From IMG/VR virus record IMGVR_UViG_3300025687_006674, positions 1 through 60,844 of that record: DNA of 60,844 bases, one strand, 5' to 3'. This DNA comes from a virus. Taxonomy: Duplodnaviria; Caudoviricetes. A program made the translations under genes and the position numbers. Shown piece by piece: positions 29,671 through 39,369 of the stretch. The notes beneath the pieces were generated by a model, which worked only from the letters and a program-made list of their open reading frames with translations, was not told where the DNA came from and did not search any database. Within the stretch, counting starts at the first letter, position 1. The number at the start of each line of letters is the position of its first letter.

Positions 29671-30149
29671 TGAGAAGCGAAAGATATATGTTTTTTAGTA
29701 ATCTACAACAGATGAGAAGACAATGTGATTTGTTGTTAGATTTAGATGAAAATATGGTAGAATCTATTTTAGATGGTGGTCATGATTGGGCTCAAGACCA
29801 CATTGCAGAAGCCAAAAACAATTTAGACCAAGTTTTTGATTTCATGATGAATGAAACAAAAAAAGATGGTATGGAACTCTCTATGAATATAGATGATGTT
29901 GACATGATTGAAGAAAGAAAATTACTTGAACAAATTATACGTAGAGTTATTGACGAAAAGAAAAAGAAATCAAAGAAGAAAAAAGACACAACACTTTGTG
30001 CACGAGGTAAATCGGCAGCTAAAGCTAAGTTTGAAGTTTACCCTTCAGCTTATGCTAATGGGTATGCAGTGCAAGTGTGTAAAGGAACGATGCCAGGTTT
30101 AGACGGAAAAAAAAGATGCTCAGGAAAATATTGTTCAGGTAAAAAATAA
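29670..30149 (+). CDS. Hypothetical protein with a basic Cys-containing C-terminal domain
   Basis: DWAQDHIAEA; LCARGKSAAKAKFEVYPSAYANGYAVQVC. Confidence 0.7.
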   Translation: MRSERYMFFSNLQQMRRQCDLLLDLDENMVESILDGGHDWAQDHIAEAKNNLDQVFDFMMNETKKDGMELSMNIDDVDMIEERKLLEQIIRRVIDEKKKKSKKKKDTTLCARGKSAAKAKFEVYPSAYANGYAVQVCKGTMPGLDGKKRCSGKYCSGKK

Positions 30150-30188
30150 TTCATATATTTGAATCAACTTTTTTAACCTTCAACAAAA

Positions 30189-30356
30189 ATGTCACACACA
30201 ACCTATCAATTAACAAAGGATGAGGAAATAGTTATGGAAACTCAAGCAGTTGATGCTGAAAGAGCCATTGACTATTTTTATTTAGACCATCCTGAAATGT
30301 TTACAGAACAAGGGTATTCTGTAAAGATTAAAAGAAAAGAAAAAGAGGGTGTTTAA
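30189..30356 (+). CDS. Small hypothetical protein (55 aa)
   Basis: Not in the ORF track: MSHTTYQLTKDEEIVMETQAVDAERAIDYF...EKEGV*. TATATTTG promoter element at 30154-30161 and a terminator at the stop. Confidence 0.65.
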   Translation: MSHTTYQLTKDEEIVMETQAVDAERAIDYFYLDHPEMFTEQGYSVKIKRKEKEGV

Positions 30357-30368
30357 ACCCTCTTTTTT
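30340..30368. terminator. Bidirectional intrinsic terminator
   Basis: AAAAAGAGGGT-GTTTAA-ACCCTCTTTTT; the stop codons of both convergent genes fall in the loop. Confidence 0.8.
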
Positions 30369-30916
30369 ATTTCACGTAATACCCAATTATATCCGGCATT
30401 TCCACCCCTCAATAACCACTCAACATATTTGCGGTCTTCGTGTGGTTTACCCTTTTTAGATTCACTTAACACAACATTAGTTTTGTGTGAATCAAAAAAT
30501 TGTTTAAACTCTTTTAATACTTCAATGTTTACAGAATCTGAATTAGAGATTCTCTCAAACATATGATAAGATTTTCTATTATTTCTGAGGTACTTTAAAC
30601 CCTTTTTAATGTTGTTTTTAACAGATTCAGGGATACGTACCTTACCAATACTTTCGTCAATAACAATTTTAAGGTCACCAGTCCCTTTAATTACTCTATG
30701 GTATGTCATCTTAGGGATGAAATATTTAAGTCCCTCCTGCAACACCACAGGTATGTCATTGTCCATTTGTAACATCCAATTAGACCCTGACTCCACAAAA
30801 ACAATGCGGTCTTCACGGTCACGGTGCCAAATCAACTCTTCAGAATCCACGTTTTCTTTAAAAACTCTTCTGAACTTATCCTTACCTAATTCTTCGTTAC
30901 TATAAATCATTACCAA
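30353..30916 (-). CDS. Hypothetical protein: cupin-like N-terminal domain plus WLL.GG.AG..W domain
   Basis: ELIWHRDREDRIV...YHRVIKG; VEWLLRGGNAGYNWV. Confidence 0.7.
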   Translation of the reverse strand: MVMIYSNEELGKDKFRRVFKENVDSEELIWHRDREDRIVFVESGSNWMLQMDNDIPVVLQEGLKYFIPKMTYHRVIKGTGDLKIVIDESIGKVRIPESVKNNIKKGLKYLRNNRKSYHMFERISNSDSVNIEVLKEFKQFFDSHKTNVVLSESKKGKPHEDRKYVEWLLRGGNAGYNWVLREIKKRV

Positions 30917-32463
30917 AATCTTCCTGGTACATTCTTACCAAAATCTTTATGTGCTCTACACGCCCAATATCCTGCTTTAGTTTTGTCCTTTTTCTTATCA
31001 CATTGATGTCTTGCGGCGAATGACTTGCGAGCTGCAGGGTCATTCCACTTGGCAGTCATAACAGGGGAACCGTAACTTACCTTTTTAATCTTACCTGTCT
31101 TAGGGTTACGAACATAAACATACCATTTTTTTGGACCCCCACTTTTAGGTTTTCCTAATTCAACTTTCTTACCCTGATATTCGGCTTCGTTAATCATAGG
31201 GAAATCTAATGGTAATCTCTCACCTTCATAAATGAAGAATTTACCCAAGTCACTTTCCAATAATTCAACATCTTCTTCGTTATTGTATTGACCTTCTTTA
31301 TAAAGTTCTCTGGCTTCTTTAATCACCTCAAAGTATTTTTCACTTCCCACTCGATATACATTCTCAGACAATGGGATTTTATTATCTATGTGGTATTGTA
31401 ACCCTTCAGATATTTGTGGTCTATTTTTAAGTTTGTTAAGTTCTTTAATTATACTTTCTTTCATAGTTGTAGGTTTTTTCTTTTTAATTTGTTCACCATT
31501 TTCAGAAATAAACTTATAAAAGTAATCTACCATCTTTTCACGTTTAGGATGCTTCATTCTCAATGACAAATAAGTCCTTAATAGATTGTCATTCATATAA
31601 CCATCCCACATCACATCAAAGATGTCGGCATGTAAAGCAAAGGGTTTGACATCAAAACCTTTAAGTTGTTCTTTTATTGACGGTTTTTCTCTGTTTTGAG
31701 AGGGTTTATCCATTTTTTGGTAATAGTCATTGTAATACCTCATTAACATGTGGTAATCACCATCTCTGTCAACTTTCTCAAACTCATTTGATAACCACTG
31801 CTCACCGTTTAAATATTCTTTGTTTAATTCATCGTAAACCAACAACCTACCAGGTCCTTCACCCCATCCACGATACAATCCAAATTTAGAATTACCCATT
31901 TTTTCAGCCAATTCTTTATCTCTAATAATAAGATAAACCAAAACACCACCAATGATGTGTTCTTCAAACATATCATCACTATCTCTATTTGTTGTACACC
32001 ACTTTGTACCTGCACCATACTTACATGATGCATTGTGTGTTAAAGGTGCAATCAACAAATACTTCTCATCTCTAAATAAATCATCGTATTCCTTTGAGTC
32101 TACTTTGAATTTCTCAGTAACTAAATTAACCAATTTATCTATCGACTCTTTCTTATAATTTTTGATTTTGATTCTTGTAGGTTTTTGACCTTTTCCTGAT
32201 TGGGGGTCTTTCTTTTCTTTTTCTCTTTTTCTTCTACACGCAGAATCTTTCTCGGCTTGTGTCATCTTACCCGCAACACCGGCACCACGACAAACAGGAT
32301 ATGAACCTTTATCAGCATCACTCCTTCCACATGGGGGGTGTCCTCCACCTTCTTTTTTCTTACAGATATTGACCCATGGTCCTTTGGGTTGGGACGAACC
32401 TTTTTTCTTTTTTTTCTTTCCAAACCAAACGGCTAAATCTTCACTTAAAATATATTTCGACAT
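30910..32463 (-). CDS. Multi-domain basic phage protein, possible head-internal polyprotein
   Basis: Start moved to MSKYILSE (32463). Cys-rich N-domain, ASCKYGAGTKWCTT domain and C-terminal SFAARHQC...AGYWAC domain, separated by I/L-x-E motifs. Confidence 0.65.
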   Translation of the reverse strand: MSKYILSEDLAVWFGKKKKKKGSSQPKGPWVNICKKKEGGGHPPCGRSDADKGSYPVCRGAGVAGKMTQAEKDSACRRKREKEKKDPQSGKGQKPTRIKIKNYKKESIDKLVNLVTEKFKVDSKEYDDLFRDEKYLLIAPLTHNASCKYGAGTKWCTTNRDSDDMFEEHIIGGVLVYLIIRDKELAEKMGNSKFGLYRGWGEGPGRLLVYDELNKEYLNGEQWLSNEFEKVDRDGDYHMLMRYYNDYYQKMDKPSQNREKPSIKEQLKGFDVKPFALHADIFDVMWDGYMNDNLLRTYLSLRMKHPKREKMVDYFYKFISENGEQIKKKKPTTMKESIIKELNKLKNRPQISEGLQYHIDNKIPLSENVYRVGSEKYFEVIKEARELYKEGQYNNEEDVELLESDLGKFFIYEGERLPLDFPMINEAEYQGKKVELGKPKSGGPKKWYVYVRNPKTGKIKKVSYGSPVMTAKWNDPAARKSFAARHQCDKKKDKTKAGYWACRAHKDFGKNVPGRFW

Positions 32464-32520
32464 ACTTGATTTTTTTGTGTCTTTTGTTATATATATTATA
32501 AATATCAACGAAAAGAGATT

Positions 32521-32802
32521 ATGGAAGATAACAAAGAACAAATTCAAGAACAACCACAACCCGCAGGTACCTTGTTTGAAATTATCAATTACTATTCAAA
32601 TGACGACTTAACCAAGTTTATTGATTTGATGAATCAAGAACAAGCATTATACACTGTAATTCAAGCAGCACGTTCAGGTCACCGTAGAGGTGTTTATAAT
32701 ATGGAGGAAGCTGAAGTTATTTCTAAAGCTATTAGAATTTTAACTACCCCACCACCATTGGAAAACGATTTACCTGAACCTGAAATTCACAAATCGGAAT
32801 AA
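32521..32802 (+). CDS. Hypothetical protein
   Basis: 93 aa ORF followed by a terminator. Confidence 0.7.
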   Translation: MEDNKEQIQEQPQPAGTLFEIINYYSNDDLTKFIDLMNQEQALYTVIQAARSGHRRGVYNMEEAEVISKAIRILTTPPPLENDLPEPEIHKSE

Positions 32803-32815
32803 TATATTTTTAATT

Positions 32816-32841
32816 GAGGACTTATTAGTCCTCTTTTTTTT
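32816..32841 (+). terminator. Intrinsic terminator
   Basis: GAGGACT-TATT-AGTCCTC followed by T8. Confidence 0.8.
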
Positions 32842-32888
32842 GCCCTATAAACAATAAATAAACATAAATAAAAACAAAAAAACAAAAA

Positions 32889-33719
32889 ATGAAAAACACA
32901 AAAACTTACAACGAGTTAGTGCAGAAGATGAGAGAATTCTTCTTAAACAAAAACTTCAAAGAGGTTCCTACACAAAGTAGATTATCCATTTTGGCGGCAT
33001 GTGAAAATCCACATTCAGTAAAAACGTTTGAATATAGTGGTGAAGTATGGCCATTACCACAAACAGGTCAAATGTGGTTAGAGTATGAATTACTTAAAAA
33101 TCCTGAATGGGAAGGAGTATTCTGTGTCTCTACATCGTATAGAGAAGAAAAGAATCCTATACCAGGTAGACACGAATTAATATTCCCTATGTTTGAATTT
33201 GAATCTAAAGGTACTGTTGAAGATATGTTAAAATTAGAATCTGAACTTTTAGAGTGGTTAGGGTTCAACACACCTGTAAATGCAAAATATAATGAAGTGT
33301 GTGAAGAATATGGAGGTGTAAGTATCTTAGAAGATGAACATGAACAAAAAATGTGGAATGAAAAGGGTTCGGTAGTGTCTCTACAACAGTTCCCATTAAG
33401 GACAAACCCTTTTTGGAATATGAAACATAGAGAAGATGGTATCTTTAATAAAGTTGATGTTATTCTTTACGGACAAGAAACAATAGGTTCAGCAGAACGT
33501 TCATGTAATGTTGAAGAAATGAGAGAAATGTTCTATAAAATCGAAGATGGTGGATACTCACAAAAGTTGTTTGACTTATTTGGTAAAGAAAGAGTTGAAA
33601 AAGAATTAGAAGAGTTTTTATCTTTTGATTTCTTCCCACGATTTGGTGGTGGTATAGGTATGACTCGTCTTGCAAGAGCTTATGAATTAATGAAAGAAGA
33701 GAGTTTAGCTGTAGTTTAA
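32889..33719 (+). CDS. Class II aaRS (AsnRS/AspRS) catalytic-domain-only paralog; asparagine-synthetase-A-like
   Basis: Motif 1 MREFF...EVPT, LPQTGQMWLE, motif 2 SYREE...RHELIFPMFEFE, ETIGSAER, motif 3 GGGIGMTRL; no anticodon-binding OB fold (276 aa). Confidence 0.8.
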   Translation: MKNTKTYNELVQKMREFFLNKNFKEVPTQSRLSILAACENPHSVKTFEYSGEVWPLPQTGQMWLEYELLKNPEWEGVFCVSTSYREEKNPIPGRHELIFPMFEFESKGTVEDMLKLESELLEWLGFNTPVNAKYNEVCEEYGGVSILEDEHEQKMWNEKGSVVSLQQFPLRTNPFWNMKHREDGIFNKVDVILYGQETIGSAERSCNVEEMREMFYKIEDGGYSQKLFDLFGKERVEKELEEFLSFDFFPRFGGGIGMTRLARAYELMKEESLAVV

Positions 33720-33740
33720 AAAATAAAATACAGACAAATA

Positions 33741-33766
33741 AAAAAGGGGACCAATCGGTCCCCTTT
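33741..33766. terminator. Bidirectional terminator between the aaRS-like gene and the major capsid gene
   Basis: AAAAAGGGGACC-AATC-GGTCCCCTTT. Confidence 0.85.
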
Positions 33767-33789
33767 CTATTTATTCAGTTTGAGTTAAA

Positions 33790-35589
33790 TTATCTCAATT
33801 CTCTCAAGTCGAATGTTCTAACACCATCAACGATGATTCTACCATAGAAACGGTTGTTAACCATTTTCTTAGCGTATCTTGTCATGATACCCTTGATAGG
33901 TGTAAAGTTGAATGGGTTATACATTGTTGGAGTTAACTGTAGAGGTACATATGGTGCGTAAACGTAACCTGTATCCAACAAAGAGTTACCTTTGTGTCCT
34001 AACAATACTGTGTTAGGTGGGAAGTAAGGGTCACGATATACTTGATATCTACCTGATAAAGTACCAACTCTCTCAATACCCATGTTGTACTGGTCTTGGT
34101 CAGGAGCTGCGTTTGATACGTGGAAGTACTCCAAGTCATCAAAGATAGCACTGATTTCAGAAGAAACAACAATCCAGTTAGCTCCACCTCTCAACGTAGA
34201 CTTGTGAATCTGAGCTGAGATTTGGTTGATTGCTGTAATCAACGTTTGGTTCCAATCCTTTTGAGTGTACTGAGTTAATGGATTAGCTGCAGTTCCTCTT
34301 TTCCATCCGTTGTAATCCCAACGTAATGTCCAAGCTGCACCTTTTCTCAAGTCTCTTAAGATTTCACGGTCAATTTCTGCCGCCACCTGCTCTGATAATA
34401 AAGCTGTCAATTCAGCTTCAGCATCAATGTTGTGGAATGCAGAAACGTCCTGTGCTAATTCAGGAGACCACTGAGCTCTCAACTTTCTTTCTGTAACCGA
34501 TACAGTTACTGATTCTAAGTCGAAAGAAACCTCACCAATTCTGTCTTCGAATTCTAAATCTTCGTATACTCTGTAAGTTGCAGTAAACTGAGTATTAACA
34601 GCACCTGAACCAGCGATAGTTGTAGTTAAACCTGAGTAACCATCGATTGAACCTGAACCGATTGATGCTGGTACTTGTAAATCAACTTCTAAGTAAATCT
34701 TACCTTCAGCGTCACAGATATTTTGATATTCACCACCATTACCAATAGTTGGGAATGTTGCAGTTGATTTTGAACCATATTCTACGATACCTTTACCGTA
34801 TTTCTGTGTTACAACTCTGAAAATTAAGTTACCTGAACCTGCTCCTGAGAATGCACCACCAGCAGTAGTAACAGCGTTAATTGTTAAATCTGATAAGAAT
34901 GCTTCAGTGTCAACAACAGCACCATCAGGACCTTGTAACTTACCGTAAGAACCTGCGTTAGTGAAACCTGTCATAACAAGTAATACTTTTCTGTACTCAT
35001 CAGCACCATAACCTGAAGTAATGATATCACTACCTGACCATACTGCAGTACCTACATCACCTGTAACAGCCGTGTATGCACCTTTAGAGTAGTCAAATAA
35101 TCCTGGTGGGTCTAATGATGCTTCATTACCTTCGTAGAAACGGTCATACAAGTTTTTACCTGAATTGTAAGCTGCAGATGCTGCCGCTTGTGTTGGTCCG
35201 TTAGGTGCTCCGATAGGTGCAAAGTGGTCGTAAGAACCTGATTGTTCGTTATACCCTTGAATTTTAGGTACGAAGTAGAACAATTTACCGATTGGTAAGT
35301 TCATAGCTTGTACTGATACGATGTCGTTAGCTAACAATTTAGAGAATACTCTTCTCACGATTGGGAAAACTACAGTTTCGAATGAACCTGAGTTATCTGA
35401 CGCTGCCGCCTCGTTGATTAAATGTGACGCTTGGTTTTCATACAACTGCGCCATGTTTTCTTTAACGTGACCTTTAAGACCCTCTAAGAATCCTAATTTG
35501 TCCCATTTGTTGATTGTGTCTTCTTTGATAACTTTCAAGTGTTTTAAACCGATGTTACCAACAAGACCTGATTCTAATAATGCTCCCAT
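33790..35589 (-). CDS. Major capsid protein (T4 gp23-like)
   Basis: PIVRRVF...VSVQAMNLPIGKLFY, RKLRAQWSPELAQD...HNIDAEAELTALLSEQVAAEIDREI, YAPYVPL, PIKGIMTRY; codon bias of a highly expressed gene. Confidence 0.95.
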   Translation of the reverse strand: MGALLESGLVGNIGLKHLKVIKEDTINKWDKLGFLEGLKGHVKENMAQLYENQASHLINEAAASDNSGSFETVVFPIVRRVFSKLLANDIVSVQAMNLPIGKLFYFVPKIQGYNEQSGSYDHFAPIGAPNGPTQAAASAAYNSGKNLYDRFYEGNEASLDPPGLFDYSKGAYTAVTGDVGTAVWSGSDIITSGYGADEYRKVLLVMTGFTNAGSYGKLQGPDGAVVDTEAFLSDLTINAVTTAGGAFSGAGSGNLIFRVVTQKYGKGIVEYGSKSTATFPTIGNGGEYQNICDAEGKIYLEVDLQVPASIGSGSIDGYSGLTTTIAGSGAVNTQFTATYRVYEDLEFEDRIGEVSFDLESVTVSVTERKLRAQWSPELAQDVSAFHNIDAEAELTALLSEQVAAEIDREILRDLRKGAAWTLRWDYNGWKRGTAANPLTQYTQKDWNQTLITAINQISAQIHKSTLRGGANWIVVSSEISAIFDDLEYFHVSNAAPDQDQYNMGIERVGTLSGRYQVYRDPYFPPNTVLLGHKGNSLLDTGYVYAPYVPLQLTPTMYNPFNFTPIKGIMTRYAKKMVNNRFYGRIIVDGVRTFDLRELR

Positions 35590-35613
35590 TTTAGTATTTT
35601 TTAATTTTAATTT

Positions 35614-37059
35614 TTATTTTGTGATTTTTGTCATCAAATCCTTCATTCTTAAGAATTGTGGATTTTCATACGTTTTAGACTCAATAAGGTTTGTAGCAGA
35701 ACCTTTAGATGGTGATTTTTGTACTTTAGACTCAACTGACTCTTTAACTACATTTTCTTTACCATCAAATTCTTCTTTCAAATTCTTATATAAAGTCTTA
35801 GATTCCTTCAATGTTTCAACAGAGTCAAAACGTCTTAGGATGTTTATTTTTTCTTGCTTAGTTGTTGAATGTTCAGTGAACAGACGAGTAGCGTAAGCTA
35901 AGTTTGAATTAAATACAGCAACTTCATTTAACTTTTCTCTAAAGATGTTTAATGCTTTTCTGTACTCTTCGTTTTTAGCTCTTAAAGAAGTAACTTCAGC
36001 TTTTAATTCACTTTCATTAACTGACTTGTTAGGTTCTACCTTCATTTTTGGTAAACCTTTTCTCTTAGGATAGTTTCTTGTACCATTTCCTAATGTACGT
36101 GCAGCTTCTGATGTTTCAGCGTCATTCATGTAATCTTTGTGAGATTTAGAATCATCACCTTTCTTACCTCCATATTCTTCTGATTTTTCAGCGTCATTCA
36201 TGTAATCTTTGTGAGATTTAGAATCATCACCTTTCTTACCTCCATATTCTTCTGATGTTTCAGCGTCATTCATGTAATCTTTGTGAGATTTAGAATCATC
36301 ACCTTTCTTACCTCCATATTCTTCGTCCATTTCTTCTTCATTGTAACCTTCATCAACCATTTCTGATTTCTCTTCATCCTCCTCATCAACGTCCATCTCA
36401 ATTTCAAAAACAACTTCTTCATCCATTTCTTCAACAGATGCGTCAGCGAATGGGTCAGTGTTTTCTTCACCTTCGTCAACTTCAGTCATTTTATCTTCTT
36501 CCGATTCAGTTTGAATAATGTACTCAACATCTTCTTCATCATCACTTAGGTGAATTTCACTACCGTCTTGTTTAACGATAATTCCATCTTCATCACCCAT
36601 AGCTTTGAAAACCTTTAAGATTTCCTCGTCTGATGCTCCTGTTAAGTCAAGAGGAAGTAAAACTTCTTCTTCATCGTCAACTTCAAACTCATCACCAGGT
36701 AAATCGATACCTAACATGTCTTCCATGTCAATCTCATCACCCATGTCTTCGTCTTCCATTTCAGAATCTTCATCCGCATCCATGTCACCCATTTCAGGTT
36801 CCATTTCAACTTCTTCCTCGTCTTCCATGTCAATTTCCTGTTCAGTTACTTCTTCAGCAACTTCTTCAGTCGTTTCCATTTCGACTTCCGTGTCAACCAT
36901 TTCATCTTCTTCAGATAATGATTCTTTTACTAACTCACTGATTTCTTCCTTCATAGTAGAAGCAAGTATTCCTTTTGCATTCTCAGTTACGGCTTCTTCC
37001 AAATTTTTCATTTGTAATAGTGCCTCTTCAACTAATGATTTTTTAGTATTTTCTGCCAT
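35614..37059 (-). CDS. Prohead core scaffolding protein (gp22-like)
   Basis: Extremely acidic with a coiled-coil C-terminus, between the protease and the major capsid gene; start moved to MAENTKK. Confidence 0.75.
   Translation of the reverse strand: MAENTKKSLVEEALLQMKNLEEAVTENAKGILASTMKEEISELVKESLSEEDEMVDTEVEMETTEEVAEEVTEQEIDMEDEEEVEMEPEMGDMDADEDSEMEDEDMGDEIDMEDMLGIDLPGDEFEVDDEEEVLLPLDLTGASDEEILKVFKAMGDEDGIIVKQDGSEIHLSDDEEDVEYIIQTESEEDKMTEVDEGEENTDPFADASVEEMDEEVVFEIEMDVDEEDEEKSEMVDEGYNEEEMDEEYGGKKGDDSKSHKDYMNDAETSEEYGGKKGDDSKSHKDYMNDAEKSEEYGGKKGDDSKSHKDYMNDAETSEAARTLGNGTRNYPKRKGLPKMKVEPNKSVNESELKAEVTSLRAKNEEYRKALNIFREKLNEVAVFNSNLAYATRLFTEHSTTKQEKINILRRFDSVETLKESKTLYKNLKEEFDGKENVVKESVESKVQKSPSKGSATNLIESKTYENPQFLRMKDLMTKITK
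36105..36324. repeat. 72-bp coding tandem repeat (3 copies) in the scaffold gene
   Basis: gtcattcatgtaatc... recurs at 36121, 36193 and 36265; encodes EEYGGKKGDDSKSHKDYMNDAE(T/K)S. Confidence 0.95.
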
Positions 37060-37136
37060 TTTGTTATTACGCAAGCGTTTATTTTACTATATAAATATTC
37101 AGATATTAGAAAAAAGTTAATTTTAATAGTAATAGC

Positions 37137-37165
37137 AAAAAAAAATCGGGTATTAACCCGATTTT
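37137..37165 (-). terminator. Intrinsic terminator
   Basis: A-tract followed by AAAATCGGG-TATTAA-CCCGATTTT. Confidence 0.75.
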
Positions 37166-37191
37166 AAAAATTATCTGATAAGTAACCGATA

Positions 37192-37401
37192 TTACTCGTA
37201 AACCTCATCGATTTTACTCTCAGCACATGCTGTGATTCTCCAATCGTGTGGAAAACCTTCGAATTTTTTAGTCACTTTAGATTCAACCTCAGTAACGTTA
37301 TAACCCCTTACAAGTTTTTCTTCTCTAATTTTTTTGATTTTACCACTATTCTCATCGGGTAAATCGTACTGAATTTTTGCTACAAAATATTTCTCGTCCA
37401 T
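37192..37401 (-). CDS. Small DUF4494-like protein
   Basis: YFVAKIQY...GKIKKIREEKLV...VTEVE...ESKIDEV. Confidence 0.6.
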   Translation of the reverse strand: MDEKYFVAKIQYDLPDENSGKIKKIREEKLVRGYNVTEVESKVTKKFEGFPHDWRITACAESKIDEVYE

Positions 37402-37412
37402 AATAAAAAGTT

Positions 37413-38141
37413 TTAATATCCTAAATAATCGGATAACTTCTTCATTAAGTCAAGCGATTTGTTCAAACCTTGTCCTCCATCGATTCTTGGTTCTTGAGCT
37501 CTTAACTTAGTTTCTTCCTCAAGATTCTCTTCGTACTTGTTTTTATCTTCTTTATTTAAGAACAAATAAGCACCTGGTGTAGATGGTGATGATACTAAGT
37601 CAAAACAAATTAATTCAAAATCGTCTTGTACTTCGTTACGTTCACCTTTTTTAACTAATGAACCCACACCACGAGATGACACACCCATAGTAACACCTTG
37701 TCTCATAAGGTTTGCTGCCATATCACCAGGACATGAAACAACACCTCTTTCGTGGAAACCTGGTGAAGTAAGTAATTTAATTTTACCCATCAACACATTT
37801 CCTTCCCACCACATATCAGTGATAAGGTGAGACACACGGTCTAAATCAATAAGTGATGATTCAGGGTGATTTAATTCTGAAATAGATAAACCTTTATCAA
37901 TGGCCTTTTTATAATTTTCAGCTTCTCTACGTAATATTTTTTCAGGATAGATACGACCGTTTCTGTTTGGTGTATCAAACTTTTGAAGTACGGCATAAAA
38001 AACGAATGGTTTTGAGTGGTCTAATTGACCGTATGATTCTTTAATAACTTCTGCGTTTCTTGAATCTTTCGGTGATATATAACCAGCATCCCATTCTACT
38101 AATATTCCTTTTCCTGAATCGTTTGGACCTAATATCTTCAT
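37413..38141 (-). CDS. Prohead core protease (T4 gp21-like)
   Basis: NRNGRIYP, ELNHP, VSHLI, GVSSRGVGS, FDLVSSPSTPGAY. Confidence 0.93.
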   Translation of the reverse strand: MKILGPNDSGKGILVEWDAGYISPKDSRNAEVIKESYGQLDHSKPFVFYAVLQKFDTPNRNGRIYPEKILRREAENYKKAIDKGLSISELNHPESSLIDLDRVSHLITDMWWEGNVLMGKIKLLTSPGFHERGVVSCPGDMAANLMRQGVTMGVSSRGVGSLVKKGERNEVQDDFELICFDLVSSPSTPGAYLFLNKEDKNKYEENLEEETKLRAQEPRIDGGQGLNKSLDLMKKLSDYLGY

Positions 38142-38172
38142 GGTATTTTATTTTATAAATATGTAGTATTAC

Positions 38173-38559
38173 TTAATATAGATGTAAAACAACATCATAT
38201 TCATTTAAATTTTGAGGTAATGATTTCTTTACCATATTATCTATATTGTCAACAATAAACATTTTTGTTAACATACCTAATGGTAAATCGTCAGAAGTAT
38301 ATCCATCAATTATTGAATATATTTTAGCGAATTCACTAACATCCACATCTCCATGAATTATTTTATCTACTTTTGCTTCTATAGATACATCATCAATTTC
38401 TCCAACTAACTCAATATCTTTTAAATAGATTTTCGTATCACCGTGTTTATATACCAATTCATTTGGTACATACTTATTTAAAACCCCTAACTGGTCTTTT
38501 TCTTCAGTTAGGGATTTTTGTATATTTTTTAATTGTTTTTCAGAGATGACTATTTTCAC
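38173..38559 (-). CDS. Hypothetical protein
   Basis: 128 aa, GTG start, TATTTAT upstream; leader MKIVISEKQL..LTEE. Confidence 0.7.
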   Translation of the reverse strand: MKIVISEKQLKNIQKSLTEEKDQLGVLNKYVPNELVYKHGDTKIYLKDIELVGEIDDVSIEAKVDKIIHGDVDVSEFAKIYSIIDGYTSDDLPLGMLTKMFIVDNIDNMVKKSLPQNLNEYDVVLHLY

Positions 38560-38580
38560 AACAAAGTTTAATAATAAATA

Positions 38581-39021
38581 TTACACTTTCTTTGTTTTGG
38601 TTTTTGATAATCTAAAATAAGGGGAATTGTATAATTCATCATTATAAACAGATGTTACAATCTTTCTAATCTTTTCTCTTAATAGTGGTGATTTAAAATC
38701 TTCATTTTGATTTTTAACGAATAAAGTCATTTCAAGATTCATAAATGAACGCTTATCCATTTGGATTCCGCTTGTTCTTAAATCTAAGTCTATTATTGAA
38801 TTCCTATCAAACGTGAGTAAGTCTACACATTCTAATAAATTATGTTGTATTTGTCTTTTTAAATTTCCTGCAACTCGGTCCCAATTTAAAGCCTCTTTTT
38901 TGGGTTCAACCCATGATTGTATTACAATGTAAATTGATTTTAATTCTTTTGAATCTACCGTACCATAAAAACACTTAGCATTTTCGAAAACATTTAATTT
39001 CGAAGTCTTTCCTTTCTTCAT
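38581..39021 (-). CDS. Hypothetical protein
   Basis: 146 aa ORF divergent from bS21. Confidence 0.75.
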   Translation of the reverse strand: MKKGKTSKLNVFENAKCFYGTVDSKELKSIYIVIQSWVEPKKEALNWDRVAGNLKRQIQHNLLECVDLLTFDRNSIIDLDLRTSGIQMDKRSFMNLEMTLFVKNQNEDFKSPLLREKIRKIVTSVYNDELYNSPYFRLSKTKTKKV

Positions 39022-39125
39022 TCATTTTTAAATTTCTTTAGTTTATTTATAGTAATAATAAAATATTTTTCCTTATAAGTCAAAACTTGAATTAATTGTG
39101 ATATTTATTATCATAAGTTTTATAT

Positions 39126-39323
39126 ATGATAATAATAGAAGTAGGAAAAAGAGAAAATATCGATAAAGCCCTAAAAAGGTACAAGTACAAAGTCATTAAG
39201 TCAAAACAAATGGACGAGGTACGTCAAAGACAAGAGTTTACAAAAAAATCTCAAAAAAGAAGAAAGAAATTAGAAAAGGCCAAATATATTCAGAAACTAC
39301 GAGACCAAGAATATGATAAATAA
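39126..39323 (+). CDS. rpsU: Ribosomal protein bS21
   Basis: MIIIEV...ENIDKALKRYK.K...EVRQRQEFTKKS..RR....KAKY.Q, with a Bacteroidota-type C-terminus. Confidence 0.9.
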   Translation: MIIIEVGKRENIDKALKRYKYKVIKSKQMDEVRQRQEFTKKSQKRRKKLEKAKYIQKLRDQEYDK

Positions 39324-39348
39324 AAAAGTCCCCGATTGGGGACTTTTT
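39322..39348. terminator. Bidirectional terminator
   Basis: AAAAAGTCCCC-GATT-GGGGACTTTTT. Confidence 0.85.
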
Positions 39349-39369
39349 CTTTTTTAAAGTTTTTTATTA

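Noticed and set aside
32889-33719. Functional asparaginyl-tRNA synthetase (asnS)
   Set aside because: Lacks the N-terminal anticodon-binding domain, and no upstream fragment exists.
36105-36324. 72-bp periodic repeat as a mini-CRISPR array
   Set aside because: The whole unit is repeated with no spacer, in frame within the scaffold gene.
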